Assembly: GCA_963514005.1 (NCBI GenBank)
Contig: OY740790.1
Coordinates: 31,868,001 to 31,932,000 of the forward strand
DNA length: 64,000 nucleotides
Direction of reading: 5' to 3'
DNA from: Raja brachyura
Lineage: Eukaryota
Part shown: positions 24,231-35,810 of the stretch, one piece after another
Layout: the number at the start of each line of letters is the position of its first letter
How positions within the stretch are numbered: position 1 is the stretch's first letter
Program-made: the position numbers and the translations under genes
The notes under the pieces: generated by a model
Told to the model about the DNA's origin: nothing
Seen by the model: the letters and a program-made list of their open reading frames with translations, nothing else
Databases searched by the model: none

Positions 24231-25517
24231 AACGTTTGTGAACTCATCCTTTAAATACAGTGCAGGACTGTTTTGCAATATGCAGTATTGTTTAACATTT
24301 TAAATAGTAAATACGGAGTTGTGTCGCAGTTGTTTGCGAGCTGGACACGATAGGCTGCAGATCCTTCTATGCAGGGGACTGTAGTTTAAAACGGCAGCTG
24401 GACAAATCCAGGTCGAGAGTTTGTCAGGCTATCTCTACGTTGTGTCTACGTGGCCAGATGCCGTCCTTGGGATTGTATAAGATTTTTTTGTGTAGTTCCT
24501 CAAGCTGAATAGCCTTTGTACAGCTAAGTTTTAGGTGAATTGTTACACCAGAACAGACAGGAAATCTGAGTTTTTGAATGGACTTAAAACAAAAAAGAGA
24601 ACGACACGATGGCAGCGTCCACGGGCTACATCGGAAACATTGGCACTTGTGACTAGAGTGGAGCCGTTCAGCTCCTATATGGAGAGAGCGACCATGTTTT
24701 TCATTGCAAACAACATAATGGAGATTAGTGGTGGAGGAGAGATAGAGTCTGAAACAAATAAGGCCGTTTGCGTACGCATGAAAGCGATTCCGCTCACGGA
24801 AATCGGTCCTGAAGTGTACGGCACACACGTGAATCTCCTTGCACCATAAAGGCAAAAGACGTGCCATTCAATGACATTATAAAGAAGTTGGAGAGCACTT
24901 CAACCCAAAACCTTTGGAAATTGCAGAAAGCTATAAATTTGGACTAGAAACCAGAAGCAGAATGAGACAATCAATGAGTACATTGTTGCCTTGAAAAACG
25001 TAACTTTGCACTGTAACTTTGGAACCTTTGTTGGACGAGCACTACGCGACAGATTTGTTTGTGGTCTAGTGGATGAATGAATTCCGTCCAAACTCATGAA
25101 CACTCTTGATCTTATATTCGAGAAAGCATGCAAGATTGCTACCACAATGGAGATGGCATCAAAGAATGCTCGCGAGTATCGTCCACCACAGACTATAGTG
25201 GCCGTTTACAGTCACAAGGCAGTGCCTATGGCCAAACCAAGAGGCACTAAACCACAACCAAAGTATGGCTGGGAGCCGAGTTCAGCCAGTTGTTATTGTT
25301 GCAACGGTAATCACTCATCCCAATTTTGTCAGTTCAAAATGGCCAAGTGCGGACTTCCGGTGGCGCCATCATGAGGTGAAGACGCCCTCCCAGCCAGCTC
25401 CATAAGAAGGTTGAAGAAAACGGGGTAAAAAACGCTGAAAAAGACTTACCTGTCATCTGAAATCTCAGTACTGATTAATAAGGAATTGCCGAGTGACGTT
25501 ATCAGCCCTGCGACAGC

Positions 25518-26582
25518 ATGCATCGAACCCCAGAAGAAAAACTGAAAACCCGGCTACCGACAGTTGGGGATCCGGTAGGCCGTTCTGAAGCCTCGATCTC
25601 GGGTAGAACCCGATCCCAGGAAGACATTGCAGGAAAAAAACCTTCTGGAGCTGAAATTAAAACGAAACTGGAGATGGAAGGATTGAAAACTCTTATTGAA
25701 AAAGAGATGGGAGGTATTAAAACCGAACTATTGAATTTAAAGAAAGATATGAAAAAGTTGAATATTAAGGAGGAAGTCGAAAAGATTAATGAAGAAGTGA
25801 AAGACTTGAAAACTGAAATAAAAGACTTGAAGACTGAAATCACTGAATCTGCTCAAGCATTGAAAAGAGAGATAACGGATAAGTTAAAAGAGCAGAACAA
25901 ACAGATGAAAATTAAAATCGAAACCCTGGTGAAAGACAAACTGTCTGAAGTTGAAGAAGCATTGAATTTACATTCGACAGATATAAGCATTATTAAAGAC
26001 TTAGCTGAATCATCGGCTCGGAATTCAGACAGAGACATAAAACGCTTATCTGAACTTCTGGACAAGATAACAGAAAAATGCACGGAGTTGGAAGGCTACC
26101 AAAGAAGGTCGAACCTAAGAATTGTGGGTATTCCGGAAGGCATGGAGCGGAATAATCCACGAGGATTTACAGCAGATTTACTGCAACAAGTTTTAGCCTT
26201 GGATCAGAAACCCTTATTAGCTCGTGCACACAGAGTAAAGAGGCGTTTTAAGGGACCTGGTGCTCCGCCAAGACAAATGATTTTAAAAGTACAGAATGAT
26301 TATGAACTGGAAGAAATGATGGGTAAGATTGTAAGAAGTAAAAATCTTACTTTTGAAGGAGCACGAATCAGTATTTACCGAGATTATCCTGCTGAAGTTG
26401 CCAAGAAACGAAACGCATTCAGGGAGACTAAAAGAATTCTGAGAGAATTGAAGGATGTAAGGTATACTTTGAGATACCCTGCTACCTTGAGGGTGACCTA
26501 TGACAATCAAGATCATTTCTTCAAGAACCCACAAAATGCACTGGACTTTGCGCAGAGGATTAAGAATCAAGAAGAAGACTGA
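25518..26582 (+). CDS. L1 ORF1p (coiled coil, RRM, CTD), 354 aa
   Basis: Heptad repeats; ELEGYQRRSNLRIVGIPEG, RAHR, YRDYP, YPATL. Confidence 0.95.
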   Translation: MHRTPEEKLKTRLPTVGDPVGRSEASISGRTRSQEDIAGKKPSGAEIKTKLEMEGLKTLIEKEMGGIKTELLNLKKDMKKLNIKEEVEKINEEVKDLKTEIKDLKTEITESAQALKREITDKLKEQNKQMKIKIETLVKDKLSEVEEALNLHSTDISIIKDLAESSARNSDRDIKRLSELLDKITEKCTELEGYQRRSNLRIVGIPEGMERNNPRGFTADLLQQVLALDQKPLLARAHRVKRRFKGPGAPPRQMILKVQNDYELEEMMGKIVRSKNLTFEGARISIYRDYPAEVAKKRNAFRETKRILRELKDVRYTLRYPATLRVTYDNQDHFFKNPQNALDFAQRIKNQEED

Positions 26583-27451
26583 ATAATATTTCACCTTTGA
26601 ACTATATTAATGAATAACTGTATATTTGCATCTGGTTTAAAGGATTACCAGATTATGGACTGGTTATAGACTGGCTACAATCAAGAAAGATGAAGAAATG
26701 AGTGGACTTGTTCCCTACACCAAGGAGTGGACTGGACTTTCTCTTATGGATATTATTAATTAGAATAATAACAATACTAGTAGAAATAATTAATATACAA
26801 TAAAATACTAATATACTAAAACCTAACCGGTAGTACTGTTACTAACTAAAACAATAATAAATACTAATCACTAAGGCTTAGGTATAAGTAACTTTCTTAT
26901 TACTTCCCACATACATATAATTTACTCATCAATAATTAATACTAATCTACATAAAATTAAAACAAATAGTAATTAGTAAATATATTTCCTAAGATCATAC
27001 ACTTGATTATACCAATAATAGTTAAGATTTCCTTGATCTTTGCATTTAAATATGTTATAGGATTGATGAAACATTTTAGAATTATATATTCCCGTTAAAA
27101 TACCTTTTGTAAGACAATAACTTTAAGGACTTATGGAGCTGGCGAGTTAACATCATCTACACTGGAAGTCTGTAGATGGCTAGCCATGCTAGTATGGCTT
27201 TCACTAACTGCACCTACTATAGCTGTAGTTTTTCCTTACTTTTCACTATTTACTAACTCTTTTTTCTATCTTCTGTTTTTTTATATTATCTCATGTTTTT
27301 ATTTTTTTACATCACAGTGGACTCGTAATCACAAAAGATATATCCGTGCGAGATATTTGAAAATCTTGAAACTCGTCCATCCGGAGTTCGGGGGTAAGGT
27401 CGGGTATGTCGAGCTGAGACATGTGAACCATTATAGACCACCTTAAATAAA

Positions 27452-30400
27452 ATGCAGGACTTAAAAAAGAATTTGGGAAATGAGGGAATAATCTTTGGCA
27501 GTTGGAATGTTAAAGGTCTTAATGAACCTATTAAAAGGGGTAAAGTATTGGCACATTTGCAAGCACTTAAAATCGACGTTGCGTTCCTTCAAGAGACGCA
27601 TCTAAAAAAAGATGCCGAGCATAGATTAAAGGCTAAATGGATTGACAAAATATATCATTCCTCTTTTACTCATAAATCTAGAGGCGTAGCAATACTCATA
27701 CGTAAAGGTACTTTATTCAAGCATACATCAACTATAATTGATAAAGATGGAAGATTTATTATTGTAACGGGTGAATTATATGCTCAAAAAGTAATATTAG
27801 CCAATATATATGGCCCAAATTTTGACAGTCCAATTTTTTTAAAGAAAATATTTAATACAATTCCTGATCATGCACAACATAATTTAATAATTGGAGGAGA
27901 TTTAAATTGTACTTTAGATCCTTATTTAGATAGATCGTCAGGACAGAGGAAACTTAAATCACACTCCAGTGATTTAATAAATGCATATATTGACACTAGT
28001 AAAGTTAGAGATGTTTGGAGAATGGAACACCCATCAGGACGAGATTATTCATTTTACTCCTCGGTACATAAAACATATTCTAGAATTGACTATTTCCTTG
28101 TAGATATAAAGCTAATTCCATACATCTATAACTCTAAATACCACAGTATCATTATTTCAGATCACGCTCCATTAACATTTAATATTAAATTTAATGATAA
28201 CATGAAAATACGAGGACAATGGAGACTTAATCCACAAATTTTGAAGGATAAATCAACTAATGAATATATTATAAAGCAGATTAAGACTTTTTTTGAAATA
28301 AACGATAAACCAGAAATATCTCCATCCCTACTATGGGAAACTTTTAAAGCTTTTACTCGTGGAATTATGATATCTTCACAAGCATTTCACAACAAAGAAA
28401 AGCGGAAGGAACAATATATTCTGGAAACGGAGATAAAACAATTAGATATAGAAAATGCTCTCAACCCTACAATGATAACACATAATAAAATTACTGCATT
28501 AAAATATAAATTAAATAAGATATATGCTGACCAAGTGGTTAAATTATATCAATACACAAAACAAATACAATTTGAATTTGGGGACAAACCACAAAAATTA
28601 CTGGCTCGCCAATTACGAAAAATACAGGGAGAAAAAATAATACATCGGATTAAATCAGAAAATGGTGAATTCTTAACACAGAATAACGATATTAATGAGA
28701 GATTTTTACAATATTATAAAGATTTATATTCTTCCAAAACGACTGAAAATCAGATAGGAATTAATACATTCTTAAATGACTGTAATCTAATAGGATTGGG
28801 TGTAGATGATACAAAACTATTAAATGCTGAATTAACAGTTAAAGAAATTGAGGATTCTATTATATCATTAAAAAATGGGAAAACTCCAGGACCAGATGGT
28901 ATTGGTTCGGAATTTTATAAATCATACACGGATCTGATAACACCTTATTTGAAGACACTTTACGAATATATATATGCGCAACAGAGGTTACCAGAAACAC
29001 TAAACGAATCCATTATAACACTCATACCAAAAATGGATAAAGACCTAGATGATCCGGGATCATATAGAGCTATTGCTCTCTTAAATACGGATCAAAAGAT
29101 ATTAACTAAAATATTAGCTAAAAGATTAAGTGTAGTGATTAATAAAATAATACACCCGGATCAAACAGGATTTATACCTAAACGATACTCATCATATAAC
29201 CTGAGACGATTGTTTAATATTATATACTCGAAAAGGAGTTATAATAAAGACTTAGTAATAATATCGTTAGATGCAGAGAAAGCTTTTGACCAAGTTGAAT
29301 GGCCATATTTATTTGCGGTTATGGAAAAGTTAAATTTGGGAGACAAGTTTATAAAATGGATCAAATTACTATATACAAATCCAACTGCTAAAATCTTAAC
29401 CAACCAAATGATATCTACCAAATTTAATTTATTTCGAGGATGCAGACAAGGTTGTCCCCTATCACCATTGTTATTTGCGTTGGCTATAGAACCATTAGCC
29501 ATTCGGGTAAGATTACACCCCGAAATTTTTGGATATGAAACTAACGAAACAAGAAATAAAATTTCTCTATATGCAGATGACGTATTATTATATATTAAAA
29601 AACCTGAAATTAGCATACCTAATTTATTGAATTTAATAACTCAATTCGGCTTGTTTTCTGGATACAGAATCAATTGGAATAAAAGTGAACTTATGCCATT
29701 AACACAAGATAATTTAACTACATTAAAACAATTTCCTTTTAAGATTGTTAATGAACAGATTAAGTATTTAGGAATTCACGTTACAAAAAAATATGATTCT
29801 TTATTTAAATATAATTTTTTACCTATACTAAATAAATTATCTAAGAATATTTTATATTGGAGAACACTACCTATCTCAATGATAGGTAGAATTAATGCGA
29901 TAAAAATGATTTTTCTCCCACAATTATTATATTTATTTCAAATGATCCCGATATATCTTTCTAAGAATTTTTTTAAAAAGGTTGACTCTATAGTCACTAA
30001 TTTTATTTGGGACTATAAAAGCCATAGAATAAATAAAAAATATTTATGTAAATCGAAAATTAATGGAGGTTTAACATTACCTAATTTTATATATTATTAC
30101 TGGTCAGTTAGTATTAAGAATATGAACTTTTGGTGGGTTGAACTGGATGAAAATCCAAACTGGTTACTTATGGAAAAGGAAGACTGCTTACCGTATGAAA
30201 TCAGTTCCATATTATTTTCTAAAATTAAAATATTTAAGAAAATTTATCGTGAAAACCCAATAATTAATAGTGAAATTAATATTTGGAGACAGTTAAAAAG
30301 AACGTTAAAACTAGAAGATATCCCATTAGTTCTTCCCATCGCTAATAATGTAAGTTTTAAACCATCCCTGGAAAATTTAGGATTCTTACAATGGAAAAAT

Positions 30401-31246
30401 AAAGGGATTAATAAGATCAGTGACCTCTACAGGGACAATCTGTATCTTTCATTTAAAGAAATACAGGAAATATATGGACTACACTCTAAACACTACTTCA
30501 GATATCTACAAATAACTGACTACATTAAAACAACTGCACAGGAATATAAAAAGAGAAAGACGGGAATTCTAGATGAATGCTTAAATAAACACCCAAACAC
30601 AGAAAAATTAATATCATACATTTATAATATTTTATTAGAAAATGATATACCCAATACGGAAAAGTACAGACAACTATGGGAAAATGAAATAGGTGAAACA
30701 ATCGAACCCGATATCTGGGATGAAAGTTTACGATATATACATAATTGTTCATTAAATTCTAGACACTCTCTGATACAATTCAAAGTTTTACATAGATTGC
30801 ATTTTTCAAAATCTAAATTACATAGAATGTTTTCTAATGTATCTCCTATATGTGACAAATGCCAATACCCAGAAGCTAATTTAACACATTCTTTTACAAC
30901 TTGTATAAAAATTACGAATTTTTGGTTGGAAATATTTAAGGTAATCTCGAATGTTGTAAATAAGAATCTAGTTCCAGACTCAAAATTAATAATATTGGGA
31001 ATATTAGAAAGGGATCAATTACTCACGACAGCACAAAGAACTTTCATAGATTATAGTTTAATAATTGGTAAAAAATTAATTTTACAATTTTGGAAAGGCC
31101 CCATACCCCCTACAATCAAATTGTGGATTTCAGGAATGGCTGAGACTTTACACTTGGAAAGAATAAGACTTGCACTTTTAGGCAAGTTAGACCAATTTAA
31201 TCTGATTTGGTCTCCATTCCTTGAATATCTTAAGGGACCAATATGA
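27452..31246 (+). CDS. L1 ORF2p (APE endonuclease, RT, C-terminal Cys domain), 1264 aa
   Basis: WNVKGLN, LQETH, GGDLN, SRIDY, SDH; PGPDG, LDAEKAFD, RQGCPLSP, YADD; CDKC...H...C. Confidence 0.97.
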   Translation: MQDLKKNLGNEGIIFGSWNVKGLNEPIKRGKVLAHLQALKIDVAFLQETHLKKDAEHRLKAKWIDKIYHSSFTHKSRGVAILIRKGTLFKHTSTIIDKDGRFIIVTGELYAQKVILANIYGPNFDSPIFLKKIFNTIPDHAQHNLIIGGDLNCTLDPYLDRSSGQRKLKSHSSDLINAYIDTSKVRDVWRMEHPSGRDYSFYSSVHKTYSRIDYFLVDIKLIPYIYNSKYHSIIISDHAPLTFNIKFNDNMKIRGQWRLNPQILKDKSTNEYIIKQIKTFFEINDKPEISPSLLWETFKAFTRGIMISSQAFHNKEKRKEQYILETEIKQLDIENALNPTMITHNKITALKYKLNKIYADQVVKLYQYTKQIQFEFGDKPQKLLARQLRKIQGEKIIHRIKSENGEFLTQNNDINERFLQYYKDLYSSKTTENQIGINTFLNDCNLIGLGVDDTKLLNAELTVKEIEDSIISLKNGKTPGPDGIGSEFYKSYTDLITPYLKTLYEYIYAQQRLPETLNESIITLIPKMDKDLDDPGSYRAIALLNTDQKILTKILAKRLSVVINKIIHPDQTGFIPKRYSSYNLRRLFNIIYSKRSYNKDLVIISLDAEKAFDQVEWPYLFAVMEKLNLGDKFIKWIKLLYTNPTAKILTNQMISTKFNLFRGCRQGCPLSPLLFALAIEPLAIRVRLHPEIFGYETNETRNKISLYADDVLLYIKKPEISIPNLLNLITQFGLFSGYRINWNKSELMPLTQDNLTTLKQFPFKIVNEQIKYLGIHVTKKYDSLFKYNFLPILNKLSKNILYWRTLPISMIGRINAIKMIFLPQLLYLFQMIPIYLSKNFFKKVDSIVTNFIWDYKSHRINKKYLCKSKINGGLTLPNFIYYYWSVSIKNMNFWWVELDENPNWLLMEKEDCLPYEISSILFSKIKIFKKIYRENPIINSEINIWRQLKRTLKLEDIPLVLPIANNVSFKPSLENLGFLQWKNKGINKISDLYRDNLYLSFKEIQEIYGLHSKHYFRYLQITDYIKTTAQEYKKRKTGILDECLNKHPNTEKLISYIYNILLENDIPNTEKYRQLWENEIGETIEPDIWDESLRYIHNCSLNSRHSLIQFKVLHRLHFSKSKLHRMFSNVSPICDKCQYPEANLTHSFTTCIKITNFWLEIFKVISNVVNKNLVPDSKLIILGILERDQLLTTAQRTFIDYSLIIGKKLILQFWKGPIPPTIKLWISGMAETLHLERIRLALLGKLDQFNLIWSPFLEYLKGPI

Positions 31247-33940
31247 CTCGGTTTGTGGACCTGATCGAGACCTGAACGAAGGATTGAACGAAGAATAATA
31301 CATTATTGATCACGGATATATTATTATATAAATACTGTTTGTATAATATACCACTGTTATTTTATTTACTTTTCTCTTTTGGTTATTTTATAACTATTTT
31401 TATGTTATCCATTCTTCACATTTTCCTACTTTTCACTAAAAAAAACTACAATAAAATGTTTAGAAGTATATATAAGAAAATATGGTAATTATTACCTATC
31501 TCTTTATCAAGAACGTTGTTTTTATATGTACTTATATTTGTACTTACATCTGTACTTATACTTCTAATAAAAATTATTCAGTAAAAAATACTTCAAACAA
31601 AAAAAAAAAAAAAAAAAAATGGCCAAGTGCTATAACTGCCAGAAGAAAGGCCATATCGCCTCAGCATGTTGGGCCAAGAAACAAGCGACAACACCAGAAA
31701 GGAATTCACAACTTGGAGATGAACCCAGATGGAAATAAACGTGGGTTGTGTACCATTTATACAACCAACATCGATAAGCCTATAACCAGCCAAGGCAAGG
31801 ACTTTCGAACTAAACTATTGATAAATGAACAGTTAATCGATCTGTGTATAGGCGCAGCAGCAGATTGTTCGGTCATGAGCAAAGACCTGTACGAAACAAA
31901 GTTCCCACAGATACCATTGTTTGAGAGTAAGGTCAAGCTGAGAACCTACTCGGGCAAAGTTTTGGAGACATGTAGGCAAATGAACTGTAAAGTTCAGCGT
32001 AATGGTCAATCAGTAACACTGCCCGTCATAGTGGCCAGCTACAGAAATAAACCAACCCTCCTTGGAAAGGATTGGCTGAGTAGAATAGAGTTAGGCTGGA
32101 AGAATATTTTCAGCGTCGATTTGTCCAAATCACGTCATGAAAATGTCATAAGCAAACATGCAAACATTTTTGCTGACAGTTACACGGGAATAACAGGGTA
32201 CTGTGCACACATTCGACTTAAGCAAGATGTGAGACCTGTATATTGTCGACCAAGACCTGCAACATATGTAGTAAAGCAACAAGTGGAGGAAGAACTCGAC
32301 AGGTTAGAACGGAATGGAATATTTGTGAAGACAGACCAGAGTAACTGGCAAACACCAATTGTGGCCATACCCAAGGCCGATAAAACTGTTAGACTATGCG
32401 GTGACTCCAAAGTCACAATCAACCAAGCTATTGATGACGAACAATATCCGTTACCAACCTCGCAAGATCTGTACGCAGAACTTAGCGGAACAAGAGTCTT
32501 CACTAAACTGGATTTGTCGCACGCTTACGCCCAACTCAATGTCGACAAGGAAAGTCAGCAATACTTGACTATCAACACACATAAGAGCTTGTATTCATAT
32601 ACAAAGCTGCCCTATGATATGAAATCCTCCCCGAATATTTTCCAGTCTGTCATGGACAAAATGTTATAAGGCATTCCGCACCATGTGTGCAACCAGGATG
32701 ACCTACTGATATTCACAGAGGGCATGGTAGAACATCTGGAAATCCTTGAGCAAGTTCTCACACGACTGCCACAATGTCAAACTGTGACAAAGTATAAAGG
32801 TGCATTTGCGCAGTCAGAGGTGGTCTACCTTTGATTCATAGTAGATGCCAATGGACTTCGTCCTGTGAAGGCGAAAGTTGAAGGAATAGTGAATGATCCA
32901 AAATCCAACAATGTGTCACAGCTACGATCATTCATTGGGATGGTGCAGTTCTATGCACGATTCCTTCCAGATTTAGCAACTGTGCTAAAGCCACTACATC
33001 ATTTGCTACAAAAAGATGTGAAATGGACGTGGGGAAAGGAACAGCAACGTGCATATGACATCTGCAAGGAAAACTTGACAAGTGACAAACTTCTTGTTCA
33101 CTACGATATGACATGCAAGATGAAACTTGCGTGTGACGCATCAAGTTATGGTGTAGGTGCAGTGATCTCCCACGTAATGAATGACGGACAGGGAAAGCCT
33201 ATTGCTTTTGCATCCCGCACCCTAGCACCGAGTGAGCGTAATTATGCACAGATAGAAAATGAAGCACTCAGCATCGTGTTCGGAGTCAAGAAATTTCATC
33301 AGTCTCTTCTCGGCAGACCATTCACCCTAGTGACTGATCACAATCCACTACTAGTGATACTTGGTCCCAAGTCAGCTATACCTTCCATGGTGGCATCAAG
33401 GATGCAGCACTGGGCAATTTTGCTGTCCCAGTTTGACTACAAGGAGTACAGAAGCTCCAAGTGCAACGCAGTTGCAGATTCATTGTCCCGGTTGCCCCAT
33501 GAGAACTCTGACGTGGGAAGTAAGAACTCAATCTACACACTGCAAGTTGTAGATGAAGACTTTCCAGTGACTGCAACAGAAATTGCAGCAGAAACAGAGA
33601 AAGACAATGTGCTGAAGTGGGTCTATGAACCAATATTGAATGGTTGGACTGAAATCGATAGTGAATTGAACTCCGTTCTGAACTCAGAGCTGAAGCCTTT
33701 CCATAATCGACACCATGAATTATCATGTGAGCAGGGATGCATTAAGTGGGGTTACAGAGTGGTTGTACCAGAGTCTTGGAAAACAAATTATGAATGAACT
33801 TCATGCCGAATATCCTGGCATAGTAAGCATGCAGTCAATTGCCAGACGTTTTGTGTATTGGCCTGGTATTGACAGTGACAGCGAATCACTGGTGAGCACA
33901 TGTAGTATCTGCCAAAATTGCCAGAGTAAACCACCAAAAT

Positions 33941-34371
33941 AAGTTAGGGTTGAACAAGTTAGGTCTTTATTCTTTGGAGTGCAGAAGGTTAAGGGGGGAC
34001 TTGATTGAGGTCTTTAAAATGATGAAAGGGATAGACAGAGTTGACGTGGATAAGCTTTTCCCATTGAGGGTAGGGAAGATTCAAACAAGAGGGCATGACA
34101 TGAGAATTAAGGGACAGAAGTTTAGGGGTAACATGAGGGGGAACTTCTTTACTCAGAGAGTGGTGGCTGTGTGGAATGATCTTCCTGCAGAAGTGGTGGG
34201 GGCAGGGTCGATTTTAACATTTAAAAGTAAAGTGGATAGGTATATGGACGGGAAGGGAATGGAGGGGTATGGCCTGAGGGCATATGGGGAAAATGAATGG
34301 TCGGCACGGACTGGAAGGGCCGAGAAGGCCTGTTTCCGTGCTGTAATTGTTATATGGTTATATGGTTATAT
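33941..34371 (+). mobile_element. CR1 3' fragment inserted in the Gypsy integrase
   Basis: LGLYSLECRRLRGDLIEVFK; (TATGGTTA)n tail. Removing it restores KPPKTPLQPW. Confidence 0.9.
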
Positions 34372-35810
34372 AAAAACACCACTGCAACCCTGGTCATAGC
34401 CAAGTAGACCTTTTCAGAGAGTTCATATAGATTTTTGTGAAATGGGTAATGATCACTTTCTGTAACTAGTTGATAGTCATTCCAAATGGATTGAGTTTAA
34501 GCATATGGGGTCAAGCACTCTACTAAGTGTACCATAGATGAGTTGAGATCAATTTTTGCATATCACGGTTTACCGGAAGAACTTGTTTCTGATAACGGGC
34601 CTCAGTTTCGTTCAGAGCGGTTCAAAGAGTTCATGCAGCGGAATAGTGTAAAACAAACACTTGTTCCCCCATACCATCCAGCCTCCAACGGGGGCGGGGG
34701 GGGGGGGGGGTCGGTGGAAAGGTCTGTAAGAGTTGTCAAAGATGCTCTCAAGAAACAGGTTTTGCATGGTAGTTCAAAGTTCAGCATGAAACATCGTTTG
34801 GCTAGTTTCTTGAACCACACGAGCATCAACAACAGGTTACTCACCTGTAGCACTATTGATGAAGAGAAGGCTAAGAATACGCCTAAGTCTAGTTCAACAC
34901 AATTTGGCCTTAAGAGTTGAGCAAAAACAATTAAGTCAAAAAATTAATTTTGACTCCCACAAAAAGGAAAGGTACTTCAAGCCAGATGAGCAGGTTCGTG
35001 TTCTCAGTCCTCCCAACGTCCAGTCGAGACAAATGGGATGTTGGGAAAATAGTGGAAGTGTGTGGAACAAAAAGATTGTTAGTTGAAGTTGGAGATAGGA
35101 TCAAAAGTGTTCATGATAATCAAATGATTCCAGCCAAAGATGAACCAAAAACTGAGCATGGTCCTAATCCCTGAGTTTTTTTTCTGAAAGTGAGTTGGAA
35201 GAGACCACTGTGATTGAAACACATTCAGTTAGTACAGACAACGAAACAGATTCCTCTGGTAAAAGTCAGGGTACTAAAACAGACCCAAACAAGCTAACAG
35301 TTGAGTCAACACCTAAACCTGTTACACCTGTTACTGTTAGAAGATCAGGGAGGATCCGTAAACCAGTAGTCAGATTAGGTTTGTAAGTTAAGTAACTCAC
35401 TGTATAAGTAAAATGAAAACGTGTAGATATGTAAAATAAATATATTATGTTTATCATTTAAGATTTCATTAATACTGGTATTAATGAATTAATGAAATCA
35501 AGTATCACAACAAAATTGTAACTGAGTACTCAGATTTAATACTTTAAAAAAAGGAGTGCAGTGTAAAGTATTCATACATATTCATGTATATGTTAATGAG
35601 TTGGTGTTCAATATAAGCAGGGAATGTTGGGTAATAAATCTCTCTCTCGTGATCCAGGCAACCTGTGTGTAAGTTATTCATTCTGCCGTCCGGAATACAA
35701 GTCATTTTTATACATTTTGGTTTCACCATGTAGAAATTACAGCAGTGTTTATACATAGTTCCCCCCATTTCAGGGCACCAAAATGTTTGGGACAGCAATG
35801 TCATGTAAAT

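Larger units (their letters stand above)
25351..31615 (+). mobile_element. Full-length intact L1-clade LINE
   Basis: 15-bp TSD AAAATGGCCAAGTGC at 25336-25350/31616-31630. AATAAA plus poly(A) 31599-31619. Two intact ORFs. It splits the Gypsy gag zinc knuckles. Confidence 0.97.
24068..35700 (+). mobile_element. Gypsy LTR retrotransposon (degenerate gag-pol) inserted in the Tc1 left TIR
   Basis: LTRs 24068-24208 and 35562-35700. TSD GTCAT at 24063-24067/35701-35705. PBS 24213-24230; PPT about 35546-35561. Gag from 24609; PR, RT, RNase H and IN at 31631-35386 (KLDLSHAYAQ, LACDASSYGVGAV, SDNGPQF, PYHPASNG). Confidence 0.95.

Noticed and set aside
31482-32669. 395-aa ORF with a poly-Lys run as a novel fusion gene
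   Set aside because: Chance read-through from the L1 3' UTR/poly(A) into frameshifted Gypsy gag-pol. The protease motif is degenerate and the frame stops within RT.
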